DNA of 64,000 nt, taken from a virus. Taxonomy: Duplodnaviria > Caudoviricetes. Under the pieces are notes generated by a model. It was not told where the DNA came from. It was given only the letters and a program-made list of their open reading frames with translations, and ran no database searches. Below are positions 38,101 to 44,854 of this stretch, in pieces. Where the stretch lies: positions 6 to 64,005 of the IMG/VR virus record IMGVR_UViG_3300021958_000002; one strand, given 5' to 3'. A program made the translations under genes and the position numbers. The stretch's first letter is position 1. Each line of letters begins with the position of its first letter.

Positions 38101-38586
38101 CTTATGGGTTCCACTACAGAGATATCAAATAGGATGAATGTTTTGATAGAGGAATACAATAGTGAGGTTCAAAAAATAGTGTCTGGTTATATGCCTGATC
38201 ATTCACATCTATACAAAAACCCAGTCTCCCAAGTAATGAGAAAGAGACCTGAGAGGAGGATTATAAACGAGGCTCTACACGGTCCACATAACAATCTATA
38301 TAACAGGTTCCCAACCGAGGAGACCTCTAGAAAAATACAGGGGCATGATCAACAGAGCGAGAAATACGATGCTGTTCAGAGAAAATACAGGGACATGGAG
38401 AAAACCCTAAAAGCAATGGGGTATGAACCCAAACTTGTAACTGATAAGTACGGAAATACGTGGTGGGAGGTAAAGGCTACCACAGGTATGCTTCATGGTA
38501 CCGCTGAGTATGACGCCTACTGGAAGGGCGGTAGAATTGGATTGAAGAAGAAGCGAAGCGGCAAGATGCGCTCCGTAAAATGTTAA
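35098..38586 (+). CDS. Large polyvalent-type protein with YxxGG motifs at both ends
   Basis: 1162 aa; HFD...H.RVY...YFPEIQSD and RFPT.ET...GNTWWEV segments. Confidence 0.6.
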   Translation: MRSKRNRGKGLQLKKYNLGGVVNATDPIKKPAKRVGSRINPDGTESTHLYATETLDGKNWVSFPMLFQNADGSWVDMSSGPWEDAYEEAKKRGEVIDFGQNKQEALDWGMGSWKVNPYKIDQPTAIMDNTYIPTAAEQQFMNLAPLLPKGDPDPYRDQGTIRPQQPNEPTYLQKLWEGTPLGQTEEEKYASPDQMSMVDVMAEPLKALAYYSFDSNRGNIPTRAEWDAFDNSNAIDMATSIVNPFWYMSEMSKGGSEGLAGITGIGKIGQVVRDAFNTGDDVLRIAAENVSKQGQKMTQRQLAQQINKSPAVDLEESVFNPSIYGVENPGFGTHNRSIYESSHPFQGSLMYSVQDLHFNDYGLSAIRKVELDPYKAVRGYSGDLLDQRGFNYNANYHDLPFTTQIVQRLDGTSEAQAYVSSSIPQIRPMQRGGDLEKFIDKSGNVNLGELTRYIRSSNNITPADRFILEMGIDALPQRYKDGEDTLPFNLFKQQVSEFVPRMNIRESSTYADILLDNIIPNPATQIEDHTTVIIGESDLPMSDENSLASAPTNMPTSLESSGNYMLNLKEQKYNKHFDLPKDPDGNTIGYHSHYRVYQLKGEPEVSYFPEIQSDGLQPGGGSEYNLKMNAVKNEEKAIKKGVVLSNPLGWEKDTETNTWHTGSPLFASPVEFVTSVLDISRESDQFRSYLTKAAVENPGVAGAQGLNLDFDQRSLKQIESWFDSLNPDDFREVYDKTIRPAIIKDLSTFLSGDELLGGGLPSLYDRASSLYERMEKLSEMFGPNLTQQEIQQLHKEIAFNGDPRGLAKFQQSEYREIGDEVVDIVEGVTRASQFVSSVEYEVRDIVRVAGKVEDSFIRAFEYRPKPGFENSFRQADQNEILISSIGDVLLPQGTISRINQIVKEIRSLESSLNRDLDSLEVLKKRIGAVRSSFNVFTEEAFPKLDTENPEGYGLLRTTEEFEILKNDIEDARFLINDIAGGRYNFENGTQDATSSFTGIMKLMGSTTEISNRMNVLIEEYNSEVQKIVSGYMPDHSHLYKNPVSQVMRKRPERRIINEALHGPHNNLYNRFPTEETSRKIQGHDQQSEKYDAVQRKYRDMEKTLKAMGYEPKLVTDKYGNTWWEVKATTGMLHGTAEYDAYWKGGRIGLKKKRSGKMRSVKC

Positions 38587-38598
38587 TCGGTATTACAT

Positions 38599-38606
38599 TA
38601 TATTTG
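38599..38606 (+). promoter_or_regulatory. -7 element TATATTTG, 4 nt before ATG 38611
   Basis: catTATATTTGcactATG. Confidence 0.7.
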
Positions 38607-38610
38607 CACT

Positions 38611-39042
38611 ATGTCTGTACTAAAAGTAACAATCTCAGAAGAGCTCGTACTTAACGGGAATGACCTGGGTACTCAGAACGTATTCACGGATAGCAACATC
38701 ACGTTTGCTGACCGCAGGGTCATGGGTCTGGACGCTATTTCAAATAGATCAGTCGTAGAGTTTGGCACCAAACCTATGGCTGGTACTTTTCAAGATGCAA
38801 CAGTAGAGTACTTGAGAATTACCAACCTAGATACTACGAACGGAATTGTTCTTGACATTAGAGGTAACAGTGAGCAGTACTTCGTTGAGTTGGAACCTGA
38901 GTGTAGCTTCATCCTATCGAATAACATCATGGATGCGAATAACGAGAGTACCGCACAAACATTTTCCACTTCAAATATTGACACTATTCAGGCAATAGCA
39001 AAAGCTGGGACACCAAGTATTGAATATTTTATAGCAGGATAA
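38611..39042 (+). CDS. Putative small structural protein (beta-sandwich)
   Basis: YLRITNLD...VELEP..SF pattern, distantly like the 57472/57873 proteins. Confidence 0.5.
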   Translation: MSVLKVTISEELVLNGNDLGTQNVFTDSNITFADRRVMGLDAISNRSVVEFGTKPMAGTFQDATVEYLRITNLDTTNGIVLDIRGNSEQYFVELEPECSFILSNNIMDANNESTAQTFSTSNIDTIQAIAKAGTPSIEYFIAG

Positions 39043-39044
39043 AC

Positions 39045-39668
39045 ATGAACTCAATAAGAAGATACAACCGACCAGATAATCATGATGCCGAAAGCGCGGC
39101 CACTCGAAGAGCCATGCGAGAAATGGGTTATGACCCTGGTTCTGAACTAAGACTTCCACCACAACAATTGTTGGATGAAAAAGGAATGACCGAGGAAGAG
39201 TTCATGGACTCTGTATACGACAGAGCTAGAGATTATTATACCGCTCCAGCTAGATCAATTGTTGCAGGGGATATTGACTCTGGTTATGACGAACCAGAAT
39301 TGATGTACAATAACGGTGGGAGGTTTGGCGACCCACTTAAAAGAGCCATGAGACAGGCAAGAAGACAGTCTCGCCGTAGAGATAACTCTATTCTCAGCGA
39401 GGAGCTAAACAGAAGGTTTGAGGAGGTTGGTGCTAGCCAGATGATGGAGGAGATGGCTGGAATATACCCTAGCAAAGTGGCTGAGTTTAATGAGTGGTAC
39501 GAAGAGAACCTCCCAATGATTAAAGAGATGGCCTATAAAGAGGAGGTTGGTAGAAGAAATAGAAGAGACAGAGGTAGAAACTGGCAAAATAAGTACAACG
39601 AGCGGCTTAGGAAAAGGGTTGGGACTGGAGAGATGATGAATATGCTTAATAATTATTTTCAAGATTGA
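39045..39668 (+). CDS. Hypothetical protein with internal YNNGGRFGDP motif
   Basis: ORF in the tagged cluster. Confidence 0.6.
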   Translation: MNSIRRYNRPDNHDAESAATRRAMREMGYDPGSELRLPPQQLLDEKGMTEEEFMDSVYDRARDYYTAPARSIVAGDIDSGYDEPELMYNNGGRFGDPLKRAMRQARRQSRRRDNSILSEELNRRFEEVGASQMMEEMAGIYPSKVAEFNEWYEENLPMIKEMAYKEEVGRRNRRDRGRNWQNKYNERLRKRVGTGEMMNMLNNYFQD

Positions 39669-39669
39669 T

Positions 39670-40416
39670 ATGAGACCAGTAACAAAATACAACGATGGGG
39701 GCGCTTTAGGAGGTTTTGAGTCTGACCCTAATAAACCCCTTTTTACTGGTGCAGGAAAAAGAAGAAGGGAAAGAAGAAGAAACGCAAGAAGATATCAGAA
39801 AAGGGAAATCTCTAGAGAAGCTAGGGAGAGAATAAACGAAAACCAGGACTACGGTAGCGGTAGCTTAAGAGCTTTTCTTGAAAACTGGGCTGATGCAGCT
39901 CAAGATAGATCTATTTACAGGCAGGATCAGAAAGAGATTAGAAAGCAAATGAGAATGAGCCCTGAACAGTTAGAGGCTTACTACGCAGAAAAAAGCGGAA
40001 TGGGTGACTGTAAAGATGGTGCTTGTGGGGCCTATAAGTCTGGACCTACCGAAGAAGAAATTGCTTCAAACCTTGAGGCGGCTGCCGATCCAGATAAAGC
40101 GTGGAGACAGCAGCAAAAGATGGACCCAAACTACAACAAGCTGTACAACAGATTGAGAAGATGGGCTGGATCTATTGAAGAAAACAAGCAGAGACAGGCT
40201 GATCGAGCGGCAAGAAGGGAAGCGTTTTTTGACAGAAGAGAAGGTATCAGTATTGGCGATCCTAGCCAGCATAGAATGATAAGAAACCCGTTCTACAACA
40301 ACATAAACAGAATGCTAGCTAGATCGGCAGACAAGAGGCAGTATAAGTTGCAGCAAAGACATGGGGTTAAAGGTAGCAGCCGCCCACGTAACCAACGCAT
40401 AAAAGTCTCGTTTTGA
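39670..40416 (+). CDS. Arg-rich protein with N-terminal MRPVTKYNDGG tag
   Basis: ORF in the tagged cluster. Confidence 0.6.
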   Translation: MRPVTKYNDGGALGGFESDPNKPLFTGAGKRRRERRRNARRYQKREISREARERINENQDYGSGSLRAFLENWADAAQDRSIYRQDQKEIRKQMRMSPEQLEAYYAEKSGMGDCKDGACGAYKSGPTEEEIASNLEAAADPDKAWRQQQKMDPNYNKLYNRLRRWAGSIEENKQRQADRAARREAFFDRREGISIGDPSQHRMIRNPFYNNINRMLARSADKRQYKLQQRHGVKGSSRPRNQRIKVSF

Positions 40417-40423
40417 TTAAAAA

Positions 40424-41008
40424 ATGATACCCTTAAAAAGACAAAATAGAAGGGTTCAAATGAGGTATGACAGAAGGGTTGGGAGAACCCCAGTTGTAAG
40501 TGCTTCTGTCCCAGACATTCTTAGATCCATGTCTCAGATGAGAATGGATGTAGATAATAGGCTCCCTGCTGGGTCTTATTATGTGGATGAGAGAAAAATA
40601 GTTCAGTATCCTGGGTCAGGGGAGGATGTCTTGGAGCATGAGAAAATTCATGCATCACAACACAACATTCTAAATAGACTAAGAGTTCAGGACCCAGAGA
40701 TAAGAAGGGCTTCTAGGCGTTTAAATAGGTCCATAACAGACGAACAGATTCAGTCACTTGACGAGCCTGGTAAATACATAATTCAACCCCATGAGTTTGA
40801 AGCTCACATCAGGGCGGCCAAACCAAGGATTATGGAGATGGGATTGAGCACTGACAGTTTTGACGATATGCTAAAGGGTTTGCAGATAGCCGATAGAGAG
40901 GGTACTGGGAATAAAAACATGAGAAACCTCATGCTCTTTATGCAAAACGACTGGACTCCTGAGCAAAAAAATAATATCATGAGTGCTATGAATTATTCTG
41001 GCATTTGA
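40424..41008 (+). CDS. Zincin-like metallopeptidase
   Basis: HEKIH (HExxH) with downstream PHEFEAH. Confidence 0.6.
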   Translation: MIPLKRQNRRVQMRYDRRVGRTPVVSASVPDILRSMSQMRMDVDNRLPAGSYYVDERKIVQYPGSGEDVLEHEKIHASQHNILNRLRVQDPEIRRASRRLNRSITDEQIQSLDEPGKYIIQPHEFEAHIRAAKPRIMEMGLSTDSFDDMLKGLQIADREGTGNKNMRNLMLFMQNDWTPEQKNNIMSAMNYSGI

Positions 41009-41016
41009 TATATTTG
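41009..41016 (+). promoter_or_regulatory. -7 element TATATTTG, 4 nt before ATG 41021
   Basis: gaTATATTTGcgtaATG. Confidence 0.7.
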
Positions 41017-41020
41017 CGTA

Positions 41021-41173
41021 ATGAAGAAATTTATTTTACTACTAACCTCAACGATTATTTTGGCCAGCTGCTCCCCACACACGACACCAGCTAAGCACCG
41101 TCGCTATCACAAGAGCAAGATGAAAGGGCCAGATTTTCCAGGTACAACGTGTATGAATTATGAAGCTAAGTAA
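41021..41173 (+). CDS. 50-aa lipoprotein (MKKFILLLTSTIILASC...), absent from the ORF track
   Basis: Signal peptide II with LASC lipobox; overlaps the endolysin start. Confidence 0.7.
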   Translation: MKKFILLLTSTIILASCSPHTTPAKHRRYHKSKMKGPDFPGTTCMNYEAK

Positions 41174-41633
41174 AAATCTATCGCTAAGAGAAGCGACAAA
41201 GTCAAGAACCGCCTCACGCCTGGGAATAGACAACACACCTGAGGACTGGCACATTGAAAACCTAAGGGCAATTGCCGAAGACGTATTTCAACCCTTGCGT
41301 GATCATTTTGGCGTACCCATTGGGATTGGGTCTGGATACAGATGCAAGGAGTTGAATACTGCCATTGGGGGTAGTAAGATTTCTCAGCACATGAAAGGTG
41401 AAGCTCTTGATATCGATGCTGATATGTACGGTAAGGTGACGAACGCTGAAATCTTCCACTACATTAAAGACAACTTAGATTGGGACCAGATGATCTGGGA
41501 GTTTGGCACTGACGAAAACCCCAACTGGGTTCACGTCTCTTACAAGAGAGGAGGTGGAAACCGACGTCAGCTGAGAAAGGCATTTAAAGACGAGAAAGGA
41601 AGAACGGCTTACACGATATGGCAAAGCAAGTAA
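41160..41633 (+). CDS. Endolysin, peptidase M15A family (D-Ala-D-Ala peptidase fold)
   Basis: SGYRC..LN.AIGGS..SQHM.GEALD and WVHVSY motifs. Confidence 0.9.
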   Translation: MKLSKNLSLREATKSRTASRLGIDNTPEDWHIENLRAIAEDVFQPLRDHFGVPIGIGSGYRCKELNTAIGGSKISQHMKGEALDIDADMYGKVTNAEIFHYIKDNLDWDQMIWEFGTDENPNWVHVSYKRGGGNRRQLRKAFKDEKGRTAYTIWQSK

Positions 41634-41752
41634 GTAATTTCGCTCCAGATTCAAACAAAGTTAAAAGACCTGGGGTACACTCTAAGTGCAGGACATCCAA
41701 GCTTAAAAAGAGCAAAAACTACAAAAAGGCTTACCGAGGACAGGGTAGGTAA
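41618..41752 (+). CDS. 44-aa basic protein (KRPGVHSK...YKKAYRGQGR)
   Basis: Translated by hand; motif recalled from aquatic Bacteroidota phages. Confidence 0.65.
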   Translation: MAKQVSNFAPDSNKVKRPGVHSKCRTSKLKKSKNYKKAYRGQGR

Positions 41753-41787
41753 CATTTCGTATATTCGCGCTCCTAAAAATTTTTATC

Positions 41788-41922
41788 ATGCGCGAAGAAG
41801 ATGATTTCAACGTAGATTTCCTAGACCAGGACAAGCTCAAAGAGCAAGAAGACAAAATTAAATCTGGAGAAATAGTTTGCAGTATCAAAGATCCTGAGGA
41901 CTGCGAAAGCTGTAGCGGTTAA
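41788..41922 (+). CDS. 44-aa acidic peptide ending IVCSIKDPEDCESCSG
   Basis: Translated by hand; A-rich start; TATATTCG element at 41760; terminator downstream. Confidence 0.65.
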   Translation: MREEDDFNVDFLDQDKLKEQEDKIKSGEIVCSIKDPEDCESCSG

Positions 41923-42341
41923 GAGTAATTCTCTAAATTATCATAAAAGGCTTGGACTAACATCCTGGCCTTTTTTGTTAGGGAGTACCTTACCCTGTAG
42001 TTGTACTTGGTCTCATCTCTAAACAAGTGGTCTTCTAGTGTCTGAGACGGGGTGAGTTTGTCGTACACTTTGTAAATGTATTTCTCCTTCATTAATGGGT
42101 ATACGATGTGGTCCCCCATTCGCTTTTTATCCATCTTGTAGTTCTCAGAAGCATACTTTATAGTGAAGAAGTCAAGGTCATACGCCCACAGCATGAAGTT
42201 TAGCTCTTTTGGGAAGATATCTCTATTCTTGCAGAACTCTTGAAAGCTGTTTCTCAGGTTTTTAAGGTAGTTCTTTTTTATGTACCTTTGGTCTACAACA
42301 GAGAATTCTCTGAACATCTGTTTTTTTGAACTATAACTCAT
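41919..42341 (-). CDS. Putative winged-helix DNA-binding regulator
   Basis: ELNFMLWAYDLDFFT..., L.KEKYI, YSLTKKAR..V MarR-like pattern; the only minus-strand gene in the late arm. Confidence 0.55.
   Translation of the reverse strand: MSYSSKKQMFREFSVVDQRYIKKNYLKNLRNSFQEFCKNRDIFPKELNFMLWAYDLDFFTIKYASENYKMDKKRMGDHIVYPLMKEKYIYKVYDKLTPSQTLEDHLFRDETKYNYRVRYSLTKKARMLVQAFYDNLENYS
41945..41976 (+). terminator. Probable intrinsic terminator embedded in the antisense gene
   Basis: aaggcttgga-ctaaca-tcctggcctt followed by a T-tract. Confidence 0.5.
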
Positions 42342-42347
42342 AGTAAA

Positions 42348-42659
42348 ATGGATTTTGAAGAAAATAAAGACTTGTTTTTGCTTGAGGTTCAAAAGCTACA
42401 CTTCAAACTAGATTCTTTAATCAAGCAGTACGGAATGGAGGATGTGGTGGTTAGCGTTATGATGACTGGTGTTGTTGACTTCGATGAGTATGAAGATCCA
42501 GTCATGAAGGCTATATACAGCTATTCCCTTGAAAGCAAAGAGTCTTTAGAGGAGGTGGTTGACTTTATTGTTCAGTCTTACGAAGGTAAGAAGAAAAGAG
42601 ACGAACAGGGGTATGATTTAGATGATATATTAGGTGACTTAGGAATAAGCTTAAACTAA
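42348..42659 (+). CDS. Acidic hypothetical protein
   Basis: ORF in the late operon. Confidence 0.6.
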   Translation: MDFEENKDLFLLEVQKLHFKLDSLIKQYGMEDVVVSVMMTGVVDFDEYEDPVMKAIYSYSLESKESLEEVVDFIVQSYEGKKKRDEQGYDLDDILGDLGISLN

Positions 42660-42838
42660 TGAGAAATAAATCAAAAGATAAAGGGCTTGGCGATACGGTT
42701 GCTAGGTTCACCAGATCAACTGGCATACAAAAACTCGTAAAAGCAATGAATTCTGATTGCGGTTGCGAAGCCAGACAAGAAAAATTAAATAAAATGGTAC
42801 CGTATGGAAGGAGTAATCAGAAAAATAGTAATAGGTAA
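42659..42838 (+). CDS. 59-aa protein with GLGDTV...DCGCEARQEKLN motif, absent from the ORF track
   Basis: Translated by hand; TAATG coupling. Confidence 0.65.
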   Translation: MRNKSKDKGLGDTVARFTRSTGIQKLVKAMNSDCGCEARQEKLNKMVPYGRSNQKNSNR

Positions 42839-43043
42839 GTCCCCAAAGGACGGGATGGCTTATTACGTGGGTATGAGGGCTGGAGAGTCCAAAGTGTCAG
42901 CCATAGTGTTTGACGAAGAGCATTTGGTTAGATACAATTTTGAGAGATATTTAGTTTACATCCAGCAAACGGATGGAAGCCAGGTATTGTGGAAGGCAAT
43001 CTCTAATATGCCTTGTTTAATTGAATTTGATTGTAATTTCTAA
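42804..43043 (+). CDS. Conserved hypothetical protein
   Basis: IRKIVIG..PKDGMAYYVG motif. Confidence 0.6.
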   Translation: MEGVIRKIVIGKSPKDGMAYYVGMRAGESKVSAIVFDEEHLVRYNFERYLVYIQQTDGSQVLWKAISNMPCLIEFDCNF

Positions 43044-43627
43044 TGAAAACGTTTAACCTGTTTGTCGTTGAACTTGATAAAACGATAAACGACACCATAA
43101 CCACGGACAGCGGTTTGGAGCTGTTCATAGATAGTAGATTTAATGAGTTCGAAAATAGAGTCACGGAAGGGCCTGTCGTTGCGGTCCCGTTTAAATACGA
43201 TACTGGCGTCAAAGTGGGTGACACTTTGTATTTCCATCATCTTGTTGTTGTTAACGACGGCCAGCCTCTTACTGGTGAAGATAACAACTATCTTGTTCGT
43301 TACGATCCTGTTCATGCAATTAACAATCAGGCAATTGCTTTCAAGTGTAAAGAGACTGGTAAAGTACATCCGTTGGAGGGTTGGAGTCTTCTCCATGGAC
43401 TGGAGGATGACAAAGAGGAAGAGCAAGGCCTTATCCAAATTGTACAGCTGGAAGATAAAGCTGTCACGAAAGGTGTGGTCGCATATGATGGACCTGGGCT
43501 GGAAGAGCTGGGAGTAAAAGTTGGTGATGTGGTTGGGTTTAAAGAGAACCGAGACTACAGGCTAAACGTAGACGGAAAAGAGTGCTATCGAGTTAGGACT
43601 GAAGACTTGATGTATGTCGAAGCGTAA
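43043..43627 (+). CDS. groES: Co-chaperonin GroES-like protein, tandem domains
   Basis: Two copies of G.VVA....VKVGD.V.F, ending Y...RTEDL. Confidence 0.7.
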   Translation: MKTFNLFVVELDKTINDTITTDSGLELFIDSRFNEFENRVTEGPVVAVPFKYDTGVKVGDTLYFHHLVVVNDGQPLTGEDNNYLVRYDPVHAINNQAIAFKCKETGKVHPLEGWSLLHGLEDDKEEEQGLIQIVQLEDKAVTKGVVAYDGPGLEELGVKVGDVVGFKENRDYRLNVDGKECYRVRTEDLMYVEA

Positions 43628-43904
43628 ATTCACTACGATTAGTGCCTCAGAGCGGCTTATGGAGAGCATGGAGGTCGCTATTAACAATATGATTGAAGAG
43701 GTAAAGAAGCCTGTCGATCCTGAAGCTGGTGGGTCTGCTCGCAAAGCAGAACTACAGTCCATTAAGCAAACAGCCATTGATTGCAAAGAGCTTCTAATTG
43801 AAAGACAGAAGCTTGAGCAGATGGTCAAGGAATTAAGGGAAAATGGGGAAATCGAACAAGAAAAAGATTACTCAGGCGGATTCGCTGAGCGATTCTCAAA
43901 GTAG
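43614..43904 (+). CDS. Putative terminase small subunit
   Basis: Helical 96-aa protein ending GGFAERFSK, upstream of TerL; call rests on position. Confidence 0.4.
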   Translation: MSKRKFTTISASERLMESMEVAINNMIEEVKKPVDPEAGGSARKAELQSIKQTAIDCKELLIERQKLEQMVKELRENGEIEQEKDYSGGFAERFSK

Positions 43905-43916
43905 CACAGGATTTTA

Positions 43917-43924
43917 TAATTTTG
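43917..43924 (+). promoter_or_regulatory. -7 element TAATTTTG upstream of the tRNA/HNH/TerL block
   Basis: TAnnTTTG in an intergenic gap. Confidence 0.45.
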
Positions 43925-43972
43925 AAGATTGTATTGACTATGAAGTCAAATACCATTTAAAAAGAAATAATC

Positions 43973-44218
43973 GTGGCAAAAAGAGACTACAAAAAAGAGT
44001 ACAAAAAGTATGGGAAGAGTAAGGCTGCAAAGCTTTACAGGGCTATACTGAATCGTATCAACAACAGGAAGAAAAAGAACGGCCAGTCAAGCGTTGGTGA
44101 TGGGATGGATGAATCTCATACAGGTGAGGACAAAAACAAAACCGTTAAGAAGCCTCAGTCTCAGAACAGGGCCAACAACAGACCAAGGACTAGGCATAGT
44201 CGTGCAAGATCTAACTGA
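43973..44218 (+). CDS. Small basic degenerate HNH-like protein
   Basis: RDYKKEY...GDG.D.SH......S.NRA pattern. Confidence 0.55.
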   Translation: MAKRDYKKEYKKYGKSKAAKLYRAILNRINNRKKKNGQSSVGDGMDESHTGEDKNKTVKKPQSQNRANNRPRTRHSRARSN

Positions 44219-44447
44219 ATACCCATCAAACATTGACTACTATAGCGATGAATGGACTCATGACTGGTCTACCAATGTACCTGGCACCGTACATTTTAAC
44301 CCATGTAACACGCCTAACCCACCGTGGTGGTGCGAAGAAAACGAACCCGTCCCAATCGAACCGAACGTTTTAATGGTTGTTGGAATGTTCATGTATGGAA
44401 TTGCTCTCTTAGCTCAGCGGTCAGAGCAGCGAACTCATAATTCGTAG
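44202..44447 (+). CDS. Possible ORF or remnant with VPIE motif plus transmembrane helix (PID-CTERM-like), running into tRNA-Ile2
   Basis: NPCNTPNPPWWC...VPIEPNVLMVVGMFMYGIALL; start uncertain. Confidence 0.35.
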   Translation: MQDLTEYPSNIDYYSDEWTHDWSTNVPGTVHFNPCNTPNPPWWCEENEPVPIEPNVLMVVGMFMYGIALLAQRSEQRTHNS

Positions 44448-44475
44448 GTCATTGGTTCAAATCCAATAGGGAGCA
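44403..44475 (+). tRNA. trnI-CAU: tRNA with CAT anticodon, Ile2 (lysidine)-type
   Basis: Acceptor GCTCTCT/AGGGAGC; anticodon arm GCGAA-CTCATAA-TTCGT; T loop TTCAAAT; resembles bacterial ileX; CCA not encoded. Confidence 0.85.
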
Positions 44476-44476
44476 C

Positions 44477-44854
44477 ATGGAAGGCGTAACCCATAAAACT
44501 TGTCCAAGGTGTAAGGAAGATAAAGAGGCTTCTGAGTATTACAGAAGAAAGAACAGGGGATTAAAGTGCCTTAGTGGTTTTTGCAAAAAATGCACTTGTG
44601 ATGAAAGAGTTGAAAGAGGCAGGGCGTTCAAGGCTAAATGCGTGGAGTACAAAGGAGGGTCTTGTGAGAGATGTGGGTACAGTGAGTCGTTGACAGCTTT
44701 AGAGTTTCATCATATAGACCCATCAAAGAAAGACTTTGGTATTGGTAAGCAGAGAAGAACTAAGTTTGACGAAGAGATTAGGAAAGAATTAGACAAATGC
44801 ATACTTTTATGCGCAAACTGCCATAGGGAGGAGCATGAAAAAATGCACCTGTAG
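44477..44854 (+). CDS. HNH endonuclease with Zn-finger motifs
   Basis: CPRC/CKKC and CERC...LEFHH.DP...C.LLCANCHREEH. Confidence 0.9.
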   Translation: MEGVTHKTCPRCKEDKEASEYYRRKNRGLKCLSGFCKKCTCDERVERGRAFKAKCVEYKGGSCERCGYSESLTALEFHHIDPSKKDFGIGKQRRTKFDEEIRKELDKCILLCANCHREEHEKMHL

